A stretch of DNA of 62,927 nucleotides, the filler included, from Sphacelaria rigidula (Eukaryota): NCBI GenBank assembly GCA_964200075.2. It is 6 parts of 6 records of this genome, joined end to end, with 100 filler letters (N's around TTAATTAATTAA, not from the genome) between each part and the next. Parts side by side here need not be neighbours in the genome. Positions count along the whole stretch, not along the records: positions 1 to 10,406 come from CAXNAA020006551.1; positions 10,507 to 20,911 come from CAXNAA020006552.1; 4 more parts are not named here. One strand, written 5' to 3'. Shown in pieces: positions 1-13,256 of this stretch. Numbering within the stretch: the stretch's first letter is position 1; each line of letters begins with the position of its first letter. Under the pieces are notes generated by a model. It worked only from the letters and a program-made list of their open reading frames with translations, ran no database searches and was not told the origin of the DNA. The position numbers and the translations under genes are program-made.

Positions 1-72
1 CCCGGCTTTGTAGGGATGCGAGGTCAATGGTCTGATGACTATGGCAAGCATGATCATGAGTACACCCCCCCT
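1..72 (+). repeat. Dispersed ~100-bp repeat family (CCCGGCTTTGTAGGGATGCGAGGTCAA...TACACCCCC), copy at the contig start
   Basis: The same motif occurs at 20486-20610 and 20860-20911, and reverse-complemented at 44658-44720. Contig 1 starts inside it and contig 2 ends inside it. Confidence 0.8.
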
Positions 73-480
73 CCATCACTGCTTTTCCTCGCCAAAACCA
101 TCAGGCGGGTGTTCACGTTCTTCAGGTTTTGCGGACCTCCTCGCGTTCGACTGGCGGCTAGTACTGCAAATGCCGTATCGTTTTGTTTGATTTCTGCCGG
201 ATGCTGGGATGTGAAGAGCTCCCACAGTACGGTACAGCCGCGCACGTACGTTTACAGGAGCACTTCGCCTCAGTATTCGCACAATGGTCCTCCGTCTTCC
301 GGGCCCCATCGCCCTAGTATGTCGTGTGCTTGATTCGACGGCAGACGTGACAGGAGGTTGTACCTGAAAGCTTGCCGCACAACTAAAGTCTTGCGTCGAA
401 GGCATTACTTCCTATTCTTGGAACTTCAAATCGCCAGGCGGGGAGATCTGATGCATTCTCAGGCCGTTCATGACTGCTGG
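54..480 (-). pseudogene. Decayed intronless protein kinase (TKL-like) C-lobe
   Basis: Minus-strand motifs in kinase order across frames: AVMNGLRMHQISPP-GDLK (VIa/VIb), DFSCA (DFG-like), RAMGP/RWGPE (APE-like), VNVRA/GCTVLWELFT (IX), TAFAVLAAS. Contains stops and frameshifts. Confidence 0.55.
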
Positions 481-3400
481 TGGGGGTAACCACACCCTTG
501 GCATCCGTTGGCTTAATCGAAAGGGTGCCTCTCTCTCTCGAAGACACGAGTCTGCTGGACGGGCGGGAGGGAGGCTCATACACCACTTGTTTGGGATCAT
601 ATGTTATTGGACGGGACGTACGGATAATTAATGCTCGATTGTGTAAAACTGTACTGTATGATATCCACCGCAACCCCTGGCCGCGAATCCGTTGGACTGG
701 CTCTCGTGGGACCCCGCGTCGGCGGTTGCCTACCGGTATGGCTGGAGTAGTGGCGAGGGTACAGAAAAACAGCAGTCCATCTTTAGGGTAAATACGTGCA
801 TCGACATCGCAACTAAACATTGAACACGAATCGGCGGACGAGTACCACACCGCGTATCATGACATGAGAAAACCACGCCCTGACGTGACGAGGGGCAACA
901 CGAGTCGATGGTGAAAATACTGTCCAGTATACTGTACTGCTTTGTACTGTACAAGTCTTGAGGTCGGCGCCGTCTTGTTCCGTCCGAAGGAAGCCAGGTG
1001 TTCGAATACTGTAGCACGGGTCGTCAGCAGACCTTGCACACGTTTGCTTTTCCCCGCAGAGTTGTACTGCTGTTCTGTCGTACCAACATTGTGCCTGGTA
1101 TTTTTTATTTGACTCATCATGTATACATCTCACTTGTGTGGCCCTCGGGGGGGGCAGGGGCGGGGAGACCATTGACAAAGTGTCGAATCCCATAACGACT
1201 CTCGCAATGCGGCGAAGATCAGGTTGCAATCGTATCGTAGCGCGGTGCGATTCATTGTTGTATGGATTTTGGAGCAGGATCATCGCGAAATATTATTGCG
1301 AAATTATAGAAAAGTGGCCGACGCCGTTTTTGCGACCAGTAAGTCTCCGAGCACGTCAGAGAACACTAAATCTCACTCGGGCGTTCTTCTGTCCTACATG
1401 TACGTCTACCCTCACGGTGATTCCAGCCTACGGAGCACGTTTCTCTGTTTTACATCATACGACGATTACATTTTGCACCATTCGAGCATCACAAAAACGA
1501 TGGTCGTCAACGACTCATCCCGCTGCATTGCATTATGGAACGTCCCCGAATGCCGAAATATCAAACAAGGTGGAGTGAACAGATCAGGAGCAGTCAGGAG
1601 ATCAAGTTTTGCTGCTGTCGGAGTACTCTCAGAACCCCATTGATAGGGCTGATTACTGGCGCAAGATGAGCCAGCCGGTATATTTTATTCTTGCTCGCCA
1701 GCAGCCATTAAACAGCCGGTAATTTGGGTGCGTGGCGACCACATCCCCCTCAGCTGGTGAGCCCCACCGGAGGCACTTCTTGACGCGATTTGGCCTGCAC
1801 TTTTTTTTCTCCTCATTGTTTTCCATTTTTAACCCCTCCCCTTCCTAGTCCTCGGTACAAATCCGTCGTCTACAGCAATCAGCCCATCTCTCCCCTAGTA
1901 CACGCTTTGCATGTTGGTGTCACCCATTGAATCGGTACTCCTCTTCCTTGTGTCGACTCTACTCAAACGAAGTCAGTCAAATAAATCAGCTTTGTTTCCA
2001 CCGTTCTCACACTTTCAACCACGGAGGAAATCATTGGAGCAAAAAAACGTTGATTTTGAACATAGGGTTTCCAAGGCAGCTTTCGGCCGAAGACGAGGGA
2101 TACAAGTTACCAAGTGGCAAGATGCAACACTGTAAGTGAAACAAGCGGCAAGAACAAAGAACAATGACGGAAGAGGCAAAAAGACGAGCATCTGCCCGGC
2201 AGGTCATCAAAGAAGCAGCGACATGACAAGATGATGAGTTATACAAAGTACGGCATACTTCGGAAAGGAATACGGATACGAGTATACATTTCAGCAGAAG
2301 TATAAGAGTAGCCCTTGTGAAATCCGACATGTAGCGGCCTCCTCCTAACTACTCAATTACTAGCGTATACTGCAACCCTGTCTATCGCTGTCACGCAAAC
2401 CTCCCGCTACCCAGTACCTCACTAGTTACATCCAAGTCCTAGATAATTATGAAAGTGACTTATCAGCAGTTGACACGACCGTGATGAAAAAAGTTCAGCC
2501 TCCTGCGCGGAATAAATTGGGCCACATCAACGAAGCACTACATATTTTCACATTTCATATTTCTACGTCAAACATTGCATGTATTTTTACCGTGCCCACT
2601 CCCCCCTGTTGCTTCTGTGTTGTACAGTGTATGTCCGTGCGTTGCGGACGACTTGGGAGCGGCGCAATTTAAAATGGATTTCAGTGTTGTACTTGAATTA
2701 CGACTTGTCGTAATGAGGCGTTATAGCGGCACCTCCTAGTACTAGTGTATAGACAACCAGTGCCACTGTTATTATTATTGATAGAAACTGTTGGGTGTAC
2801 AGAACCGGTGAGGTGGTGGGTCAGGATTTCGAGTTGCGACAGAAACTCCGACAAAAACTTCAACTCTTGATCTGCTGAATCAACCTCATTTTCATTTGAA
2901 AAATGAACGGCGGACCTAGGTGTCCATGTCGGCCTGGTCGCTCGAACAAAATTGAAGGAAAATGACCCCCCGACACATGATGTACGGGTAAACCTGTGGG
3001 GTACTCATTGATTCAAACAGTCGACAAGACAGTAAGCGCGAAACGCGCCAACCGCCAACAGATGTAACCGTGGGTAGACCGTTGACCATTTATCCATCCC
3101 TGCCGCCGCCCCAACCCGTTGCAGACAGCCATCATCTCTTATGCACAGCGCACTCTCGGTGCGTCTTGGCGCTTCAACAAAGGCAAGGTAAGATATTGAA
3201 CAGAATATATATACATCGCAAAATAGATACAGGAGCGTGTTTGCCCTGCCGTTTGCCTTTAGCTCATTCTGCATACTGTTCGTCGTAGAATCAATTATCT
3301 CGTATCTTGCGTGTTCCATCAAAATCTAATCCTACGCGCACGCTGGTCACTTGTACTTCCGTTGATCCCGCCCGACAGAATAGTCCGCCCCACTCCTTCT

Positions 3401-4210
3401 GTAGCTCGATCGCAGCTGCCTCCGGCGTCTGGTTCAATAGCACGAGATCAAGTGGCCGCAATTCGGTCGTTTCTTGAGCACAGCAGTGGCCATTGTTGAG
3501 TGAAAGCCCGCATTCATTCGGATATATAAACTGTTTTCCGCATTCGATGTGTTTTCGCGCCTTACGGCGTTCGCCGTGCATATCATGCATATCAACGATC
3601 GATAGGCTCCCTTTTCCCCCTTTCTCCCCCAACCCGCCCTATGCCCTTGGCAGCCGACCGTATCTCTCGTCCATTCGTGGCCTGTAGCCACGGTGCAAGC
3701 CACGGTGCAAGCATATTTCTTCAGCACCCTTTGCAAATTGCTGCAGAACTGATCAACTGTTATGTGGTACGTAACGTAGTGTTGCATAGTACATTCGGCT
3801 GAATCGTGCGGAGCAGTACCTCACTCTGCAGTAGGGAACTGTCTGTACTCTCATAATATAGTTCACACCACCACAGTCGTACTGTCTGTACTGACTGTTG
3901 CAACTGCTGCATAATGCATGAATCAGAGTGATCCTGCACCCGACCGAAGATCGATTTTATTTTACCGTATAACGTACTGTACTGCACTGTAGGACCCGAC
4001 ACGTCATGGAGTGTGGGTCGTGCATTTTTGCGCCAACTCAGCACCTCGTCACGGACGACTAAACACCCCACCTCCTCTCTCGTTCTTTCCTACCCACTGG
4101 TTCTCGTCATTGCAGTTTCCAAATCGAACACGATATTCGTAGACAGCGGGACCAAAATAGCAGCACCACCATAACAGAACAATAACAGCCGAGCAGCCAG
4201 CTCAACAAAC

Positions 4211-4900
4211 ATGAGCAGATCAAGATCTCTTCGCAGTCTCGACAGCAACGAGGCGGCAATGAGCAAAAGCTTTCCGGCCCGCCCCCCAGGACGCCCTGGT
4301 AGAAAACAAAGCGCCTCGTCACCAATATCTTCGATGAAACAGGCTCTCCCGTGGGCGCCAGCCCGCCTACAGACTCTTCTCCCTCGACGGAGCAGTGTTG
4401 GCTCGACCAAGAATACAAGCAAGTGCAGTATTCGAGATGGGCGCGGCAGAGAGTTGAACCAGAAGTCAACCGCGGAATTGGCACCGGCTTTTTTTACTCC
4501 TGCAGCAGGTGGCAATAGCTTGCTTGGTCGGGCCAGTTCAAACGGAGACTGCAACGGCAGCGCAGACTCAGCCTCATCTCCTCACTACAAAGAGGCCACA
4601 AGGATGGAGAAGAACATCAAGAACACCCGTAATGATTTGATTCGTCACATGAACGCGGCACAGACAACCCAACGATCTTCCACCCCGGACGGAGCCATGA
4701 TTGCCTGTGGGATAGAACAGGATGGCACGGTTTTTCTTCGCGTGGGTGCGGCTTCGCAGCCCCTGCAGCTCGAACTCACACCCGCTAGTAGAGGTAGCAA
4801 ACTAACGGGAGAAGGAATCATCCCGGGTGCCGTGCTTCACTCTCTCCGACCTTCTGGCGGAGGCGGTGATCGTGAGGACAAGGTGGACGCGCTCGTACAG
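4211..4900 (+). CDS. PDZ + PH/TH1-like domain protein, exon 1 (Ser-rich N-terminus and first half of the PDZ domain)
   Basis: ATG in caaacATG context. 230 open codons end at donor CAG|GTGCGT (phase 0) and join exon 2 in frame. Confidence 0.8.
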
Positions 4901-7377
4901 GTGCGTGGTGGTGTCTGCGTGCCCGGCCCAAACGGTACAGAATACTCGTAGTATACCAGAGAGACGGTGAACGTGCACATGGGGATCAGTCCAGGTGCGC
5001 CACAATCAATAAATCAGAAATCGAGTTGCGGAATTGTCGTTGATTTTTCAGACTTCGCCCTTTTGCTATGCTACCACTGCTGTACTGTTGCCTACTTACT
5101 GTCTGTCAACAAATGTATCTCGGTCGCTGAGTAGAGTGTTTCCGTCTGTATTTTGGTAGAGAAGTTGGCCGGGCATGGATAGCTGTATGATACAGCATGT
5201 ACAAGTGGGAGAAGTGGATCGTCTGCGGTGTGACGCCAATCCTACTGTACGGCCGTAGCCCTCGTCGCCTTGCTGGGCGCACATGAACACAGACATTTTC
5301 CCAACATGAGTACAAGTACGTTTCAGCCATCGATGACACGTCATATTCACCTACTGTTCATATTTTTCAGCACCCCTGAGCTGTTTTCAAATCTTGAATC
5401 TTCTTGCATGCCGCTGGGGTGTGCTTGTCACAACTCGATGGTCGAGATTTTTAGTTTCACGTGCGTCGTTGCCGTCACGATCATTGCTGAGCACATGTGC
5501 GTACTGCGCTAACCGCAGTGTACTCGTTGTTGACATGGGATATTTTTTTCTGTGGTGAGAGCATACATGTTCAGCGTTTCTTTTCTCTCGCCCGTGTCCT
5601 GAGCGTAAAATCGGACGATTTCGCATGTACGATACATCCAGTCTGACTGTCGTGAGCCAAGCGTAGCGCGGGTGGTTTTCGAAATTGCACCCGTGAACGA
5701 CAAATTCGGAGATTGATTTTGTATGCAGTGATTTGCCATCATCAGACATGAAGGGTACAGGGCGTTACGGACCTGCACACTGTACTGTGTAGTGGTGGTG
5801 TACGTCATTTCGTGAGGTGCTGCGTCTAACATGAGTGTGGCATAAAAGACGGCGATGCGGCGCAAATCTATCGCTGCTGGGGAGCACTCTTGTTGTAATT
5901 CTTATATATTTGAGTTTTACTTGTATTCAGGAAACACACACATACGAAGGTCTGTTCAACAACAGAAACCAACGTTGAAGAGAAGAGTGTGGGCAACCAC
6001 GAGGCTCTTTCCCCCGCCGGTACGGTGTACGCACAAAACTTACGCCCGTAGTTTTGAGTGTCGTGCCGTGCTAGCATCCGAGCACCACACACCAAGTTTG
6101 TCGCAATATATCATGTTATTCAAGACTTGGACTTACTAGCGGGGCTTCAAAAAGTACACGTGTTGAACAGCCGGCCATGCACAGCGCTGCGCATAGTCAC
6201 GAGAGTATTGTAGTTATGTTCCTGTTCCTACGATGATGTAAAGTACGCACTTCGACCTACGTGGGTCGTGTCAGACCGTGCTTGATGACAATCATCCCGA
6301 ACAGATACATTTCAGCTGGCGGGATGAAAAATACCCTCTACAAGCTGTGGCCACTCGGCATCGAAGTGCACGTGTTGAGCAACTAGCAATGGAAAAACGC
6401 TGTGTGGACAGTCAGTGCCGTAGCTGGATCGGAGTTTGTCACAATTTCGTTCCTGCTTATACGACCATGCAGCTCAATCCACAAAGGGTCGTGTGACAGA
6501 CCGCCCTCCGTTACAATCACGCGAACAGGCACATTTTTAGTGGCGGGATAAAAAATACATCGCACTACAGTACGCGCAGACAATTACACAATATTGCCGA
6601 AGTGGTCGGTTGTAGTTGTAGACTACTACTGTAGTGCAAAAGGAATGCGAACGAAGGAGAATGAGTCTTTTCATCACACAGACGCACCTTCGCCGACGAA
6701 ATGATCAATGTCAGTGCATTGATTCAAAATGCAGGTAGGCAACGACAGAACTGTTGTACGAGTAGAAGATGCGCAACGGGCCTGTGTCTGTCGGGAAAGG
6801 ACGCTACGTGAGACAAATGTATCCATCCGATGTAATGTCGTACTGTGGAAGGTCACACTGCTTCTCACTGGAATCGTCCCAAGGATACGTCGTAGTTGTG
6901 TTGCGGCGTGGATTCATTTGTCATCTTGATCGGTTCTTGAGGAGCATCGCCCAACAACGCGGGTACACCATGCTCCCTTTTCGTCCCTCCCACCTGTACA
7001 CCGTAGAGGGGGTCAGCGTGCGGCCAGTAGTTGCGAAGAGCAAGACTGGACGGCACGACACTATTGCATTTCATGATCAATGAACACATGTATCAATTTT
7101 CGGAAATATTGCTGATTGAGAATGATACCACGATACGGTGTATTTGTACATCTTGACAGGAAGTACATCAACCTGAGATGATATCTGATGAGGAGCACCG
7201 CTATCCTTGCACGGCAATCGCAATCTTGCATCGTTGGTTTCGAGTTTTTCTCGCCTTCCGCTGACGACTATACTTACGGCTGTATGAGTACTTGCGCATC
7301 AAGCATGCCTCGTGATCGATTTTCCGGCTCTCCATTTTTTTTTGTTTTTCAACTTTCATTTGTCCCCGGTTCGGCAG

Positions 7378-8741
7378 AAACTCGTGAAGCAAGGTGACGT
7401 ACTGGCGGAGGTGAACGGGCAAGACGTACGCAACATGCACTTCTCGAAGATCCTTGCTTTGTTTGGCGCTGAACCAACGCACCTGACGACAAACGACAAC
7501 GACAAAGCGACCTCCACAGACGATGAAAACTCCACCTCAACCGCCCCGACCTCTACAGGTAGCACCTCCACCAGCACCACAAGCTCGCCACGGTCATCCG
7601 TAAACGCTCCGCTATCTCCCACGGAACGGCGAGGCGAAAGTCGCGAGTTCCGCGAGCCGTTGGTCGAGATGCGGACGCCTAGCAGGGCCGCTCGCTCCAG
7701 CTCCAGTGGTGGCTTCCACGCGACGCTCGCTCTGTACAGCAGTATCAACGACAACAGCGGCAGTAGCGTTGGCTCGAGCATGCGCTCGCGATTCGGCCTC
7801 ACAGTTTCCGCGCAATCGTGTCCTCCATCGCCCGCCCCGGCGGTCGGATCGAGCCTCATCACGTCGAAAACGTCCGGCAAACGAAGTTGGCCGCGGCTAT
7901 CCCCGTTCAGCAAAGGGTGGGGCGGCGGCACCCCCGGAAAGTCCCCACGGTTGGGTTGGATAGGCGGCGCACGGGTCATCCCGGGCAGGAGCCGATCCAG
8001 TACTCCGGGTCGCGCACGAGCGTCCACTTTCTCGTCTGCTGGAGCTGCGGCCTTGGAAAAAGATGACGACGATGATGATGATGACGCGATCATGATGCCG
8101 TTCGCGCTGCCTTCTCCGGGCGGCGACTGTTTCCCGGAAGTACCCGGCTCCGTCGGCGGGATTTTGGCACCGCCGTCGCCGGGTGGCGATTCCTTCCCCG
8201 AGAAAAAAAAGGTATCGCTACCAGGTTTGCTTGGCGCGGCCTCACCCAGCCCGGTCATGATCTCGGCTGGTCCAGTCGCCGTTTGGGCAGCCCCCATGAT
8301 CACCTTACGCTTCATCACCTGTGGTGCTGAGGTCCCGTCTGGTGGCAGCAGTGGCGGTGGGAAGAAGGTGGGATTTTCCCCGGACAGGCCGAAGAGTATT
8401 GGGGAGCAGGCCCCTCGAACAGAGATCGTTCGTCGCGAGGATGGCGGGAAGAGCCGTCTAGCGTGGATATCTGAGGAGCCGGCGGAGTTGGGTGCCGCCG
8501 CTGCCGCCGTGAGGGGCAACCGCGAACGCTCGGCCACTTTCGATGCTGCGGGGGACGCGGTGATGGACGGTGGCTGTGAAAAGGAGTTTGAAGATGTGGT
8601 TTCCGAAAGCGAGCGTCAGAGGTTGGCCGAGGCGGCTGCTCTCGAGCTGCGCGAGTATTTCTCCCTCGGCGATCGAGGATGGCCGTGGTCCGGGAAAGAG
8701 GTCATGTGGGCTGACTATGTTACCCTCAACAGGCACCACAG
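7378..8741 (+). CDS. PDZ + PH/TH1-like domain protein, exon 2
   Basis: Polypyrimidine tract plus CAG acceptor. Starts KLVKQGDVLAEVNGQDVRNMHFSKILALF (PDZ GD.I..VNG motif), then a long S/P/G-rich linker. Donor AG|GTGCGC (phase 2). Confidence 0.85.
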
Positions 8742-8994
8742 GTGCGCGCTCGGCAGTTATGGTGCATGTCTCAGTGTCTGTGACACTCCAGTTCTTCACA
8801 CACACACACCCATGGCTTCTTGCGAAACACATTTTTCCGTATCCAACTTCAAGCCCGTTATTGGGTGTAGAGCCCCTGTTTTTTTCGAAATATTCTCCAC
8901 GACGACTCTCTTGTGCTGCTGTCCGTGCTTGCAAATTTTTTGCTCACGTCTGCATTTCCCCACAACCACGCGTGTCCACTCCCCATTTCGCTAG

Positions 8995-9661
8995 GTGGGT
9001 TCGCAGCGAAGGTTGTCGTCATGCATTGCTTGTGGTGACCGACGCCCTGTATCTGCTTGAGGTGCCGACAGATGCCGTGACCAGCGCAATCCGCCAGAGC
9101 CGGCGAGCTCAGAAGAGTGCCTCGTTGTCTCTAGCGGATGCGGGGAAAATTCTCAAACAGGCTCCGTTCCAGCCATCCGGCGGGCGGGGGTGGTCCTTGA
9201 AGATCAGCGCCACCGCCCTCAAGTTCATAACGATTCCGCTTACTCCGAGCGATGCCGCTGCGGCGAATCACACCGAGGATAATGTAATTAAGTCGCCAAT
9301 GGGGGCAGCGGGGCGGCAATCGGCCGTGACCTTCGTGAAGAACGGCGGGAAAGTCGTCAAAGTCGGCGGCAGGGGCGTCAAGGTTGCCGTGGCTGGAGAA
9401 GCGGTGGAGCCACTTGATCGTGCGGGAACGGGCCTCATTTTCCATGGAAGGGGATGGGCGTGTGCATGGCTCGAGTTTGCAAGCGTTCACGACCGCAATT
9501 GCCTGGTGGAAGTAGTGTCGGCATGGCACCGCGCGGTTACCAGTGGGAGCGAGCTCAAGGTGGATTGTCTTCCGCATGCCGATGCGTCGGCGAAGGCTCG
9601 AGGCGGTAACGGGGCCACTATGACGTCCATGTTGGCAGAGAGGCAGTCATGCGCGTGGTAG
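8995..9661 (+). CDS. PDZ + PH/TH1-like domain protein, exon 3 (terminal)
   Basis: TAG acceptor. The splice restores NRHH-R-WVRSEGCRHALLVVTDALYLLEV, and the frame is open to TAG at 9661. Confidence 0.8.
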
Positions 9662-10406
9662 TCGTGTATTCGGTGGGAATTCGTGTTCCTTGTTATTTTG
9701 AGGCGGTCAGCGGAAACGTTGCACGAAATTGCGAACCATGTGTACGAAGTTGTGCAGTTTCTGTTCCGGTTCGTGTCATTTGTTTCGGAGTTCGTTGTAG
9801 CATCAATTGTGTCCATTTTGCTTTTTGTGGCGGAGCACGACGCCGATTTAATTTGGCAATCAGAAGCATCGCTGCGCCCCCTGATGCGAAATGTTGTAAA
9901 AGTGCTGGCGCAGACCTGCCACACACTGACATACCTCGCAGAGAGGGAGAACGACATGACTCGTTCACTTTTGACTGCTTCTTTGTGTATGTCTTGGAGT
10001 TTTCATCTTGTTCCCTGAAAGTGTTTGTTGCTGTCGGGACATGCGCACAAGTGACACCGTACCGTAAGCTGGCAAAAAAATGGAGGGCACCTGGGTTGAT
10101 TGACGTCGATGTGTGTGTGTGTTTGTTCTCGCGGACAGTCATAGTTTATCATGGCTTGAGACTGACGAGTATTTCCGTTCGTTGTGCAGGTGCACTTGCT
10201 TACGAGTATCTATCATGTACAATACTTGATCAAGCAAAAGTAGTGTGTTGTGCATGTTGATGAGTAGTACACTAGGATGTTTTGTTCCTTCATCCTGCAT
10301 TCAAAGCCGGGGGGGGGGGGGAGGGGGTAGCTCTGAGGGGCGAAAAAAACAGGAAACGTGCGATCGTGAATATTTCGATACGGTCCTGTTCATGTACGGG
10401 GGTCGG

Positions 10407-10506
10407 NNNNNNNNNNNNNNNNNNNNNNNNNNNNNNNNNNNNNNNNNNNNTTAATTAATTAANNNNNNNNNNNNNNNNNNNNNNNNNNNNNNNNNNNNNN
10501 NNNNNN
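10407..10506. other. Artificial contig linker (N44-TTAATTAATTAA-N44)
   Basis: Exactly 100 bp with a central 12-mer giving stops in all six frames; identical to the other four linkers. Confidence 0.98.
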
Positions 10507-10966
10507 CATGAAGGGTGAGCTGCATCCTGCCAAGATTGTTCGGCCCTAAGCCTACTGATTATCTTCCATTCGGATGACAGCCTACAATGAGTTGCTTTTT
10601 TTTCTGGTATCGCCACTTCCAGAGACAGTCAAGGCTTATACCAGGCCTCATGGATGCGTCACCGGGGGAAGGGGGGGGGGGTTACTCGAACTTTGAGTCA
10701 TTTGTGGGAGAGCTTCACCATTCACCGTGCTTCCAAATGTATGAGAGGCATCATCAAAATATAGCCACCATTTTTGTGTACTTTGTACCCTTCCGGTAGT
10801 CAGGGGCAACGCCGTTCGTTTGCGATTGGGCAAAACGGTGGGAATCAGGGACGGCTTGTTTTCTTATTCAACGAAAAACCATGGGCTCCACCTCCACATG
10901 AGACTCCGCGACGCACCAATCTTTTGCGGATGGTTTCTCTATACCAGCACGTACCATGCATCGAAA

Positions 10967-13256
10967 TTCCAAGGTTCTCCTTGTCGATGAATTTTACCCT
11001 TGGTAACTCTCACCGCGGTAATCAGCCATCACGGTAATGTACCGTATTTTGGGGGGCAGTAATCAGCCGCCACATAATTCTACAGCGGTGTTCAGTCACC
11101 ATGGCAACGGCATGGTGATGTACGGTGTGTTGTTGCTTCCCTTGTTTCCCCGTCTTTTTTGTTCCAACGTGTGCTGTGCCGACGTGAGTACGTTCACCGA
11201 ACACGAAAACCGAAAATCTCCAACAGGTGCAATCCAAAACGAGCAAAAACCTAGTCTTGAGATCACAGGCACGCATTCGCGGCCAACAGGACAACGAACA
11301 AACCAACAGCTACGCCAGTGGATGTTAACTACTTCCACCATCAGGATGAGCCCGTCAAATAACCCGCCTCTCTCTCAGAACCTACGGTGGCATTGTACGG
11401 CACAATATCATCATGTGGATGGATTCAGGTGTGTATCATACCCAACAATTTCTTGATAACAACAGCAGTCAACACATGCACCACTACACCACGAAAAAAC
11501 ACTAGTTTCACAGATTCAAGACAACAGCCGTGTCTGCTACTGCCCCTTGGACTTCAGCAACTTTTTCTTTGGACCGGGTTGCCGCTGCTTTTGTCGACGT
11601 CTACGGCATCGTGGAGAGCCAGGACCTCCTAGATGAAGAGCCTGTTGAGACGAAGGAACATCAGTAGCTCCACGTTGCTGGCTGAGATCGAGCTGTACGG
11701 ACTGCCGATAAGAACTCAAGGGCCGAAAAGCTCCTTTCCGCCTGGCAAAGAGTGGATTCAATTCCGCTGAAAAGCCGAGCAGTGAGCGCCAAATACGACA
11801 GGGCTGCTTGGACATCACCTGTCTCATCGCGCTTACTGGTCGTGCTTCAACGCCACCAGAACCCGAGAACGGAAAGGTCGTCTTTCTCGGGGTGAGCATC
11901 CACTGCCGAACACATCCGCAGCTGCTTTTCAATAACTGCGAACCGCCTCACGGTAGTCTCCAGCGATGCAGCTGCTGGTGATAGACGCCTGAAACCTGGC
12001 GAGGCGCTTGCGTGGCCTCCTCTCAATGGAAAAACCAACATCTGGCCTCTTAGGTTCAGGCGGGCGGGATTCACCCCCGCCACCACCTCCAGCGACAGAG
12101 GAAGTCGACCCAACACCCAAGTCCGCGAGGGTCTTGGCGAAGCTCTTCACGTCGTCGGCGGCAGCAGTCTTGAGAGATGGGCCACGGTTGGTGAGGTACT
12201 CTGCGCAGCGGTCTTTGCACCGCGGATCTAGAAGCGCGCAAATGTGCTAAACGGGCATACTGACCATTCAAGCTCTTTCTTCTCCCACTTCGAGAGCAAG
12301 ATCTTCCGCACCAGTCGAGCCCCATCCGTTAGGAATTCCACGTTGATCTATGCCCTCGACACGTCGCCACCGTCGTAGGGTTGATCAAGCATGCGGATAT
12401 CGTGTTCCTCCTCCATGAAGGTATCCTTGATCTCCAACATATTGAACATGGTCTGGCTGACGTGGGTGTCAACGCCCTCCTGGATTTGGATTTTGGGTGG
12501 TCGCCCCTGCGACCACGTCCAGCAGGCAGCACACCCAGTTGGCGACATTCTACTCATACGCCGTCAACTTCCTCCGGTGGTTGTTGGGGTGTTGTATTCC
12601 ATGATTGTCTCCTTCAGCTCAAGAAGCCGGGAAGTAATGGCGCGTTGGCCGTGTCATTCTCCAAGTAAAGCGCCTCTGCAGGAGCTTGGGCTGCATCACC
12701 ACCTTCCAGCACGGCACTGGCACTGACACCACCACCCCCACCGGGTGCGACTGCAGCACCACCACTCGTCGCTGAAGGACCCGTGGCAGCCGACGATGGT
12801 ACCTTACCCACTGGATTGACGCTGCCAACAGGGTCACCACTTTCCGTGACTGCCTACCCTCGTTCCTGGTGTGTGTTGGTGTGGTGTACTGCTTCCTTGG
12901 TGTTTGAACCACCAACTTTTCTATTTATTGGTATCGTTGAAAAAACAGAGGAAATGAGAAGAAAAACTGATGGAGCAAAAAGAGAACACACCATCCGGCT
13001 ACTGACAACTAGCCTACAGGGGCATGATGTTTCGACATAGAGATGCAAAGTGCGTTTCTGTACGGGAATTGGTAATTTGTTATCTTCACGGTTATCGTCA
13101 CCGCGGTAACGGGAAATCGCGGGAATTACGATAAAACATTTGCTTGGAATTACCACGGTGTTCGCAATTCATCACGGTCACGGTAACGTCAAACATTACG
13201 GCAAACATTACGGTGGGATGAGCGCGATAAATTTATCGCCGAAAGACTTCATGGAA
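10967..13256 (-). mobile_element. Defective hAT DNA transposon
   Basis: Imperfect ~30-bp TIRs (TTCCAAGG..CGATGAATTT / TTCCATGA..CGATAAATTT) and clustered CACGG/CGGTAA subterminal motifs at both ends, with a transposase remnant inside. No clear TSD. Confidence 0.65.
11537..12811 (-). pseudogene. hAT transposase remnant (internally deleted)
   Basis: LLDPRCK (LDPRFK-like) at ~12213-12233, and a C-terminal dimerization-domain signature GFWWR..LSYLALTARLFSGIESTLCQAERSFSAL at ~11715-11870. Many stops. Confidence 0.8.

Noticed and set aside
3005..3700. Possible deleted hAT transposase (ICMIC...GF zinc-finger-like; WSTVYPRLHLLA)
   Set aside because: Only two weak motifs, and no TIR or TSD found.
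7356..8537. 393-aa antisense ORF (likewise 38564-39088)
   Set aside because: These are shadow frames of GC-rich exons on the opposite strand.
9683..10018. 111-aa helical-looking ORF just after the PDZ gene stop
   Set aside because: No ATG at the annotated start and no motif; the position fits a 3' UTR.
10451..10462. TTAATTAATTAA repeated every ~10.5 kb as a biological periodic signal
   Set aside because: It always sits in the middle of N-runs and is a six-frame stop linker.
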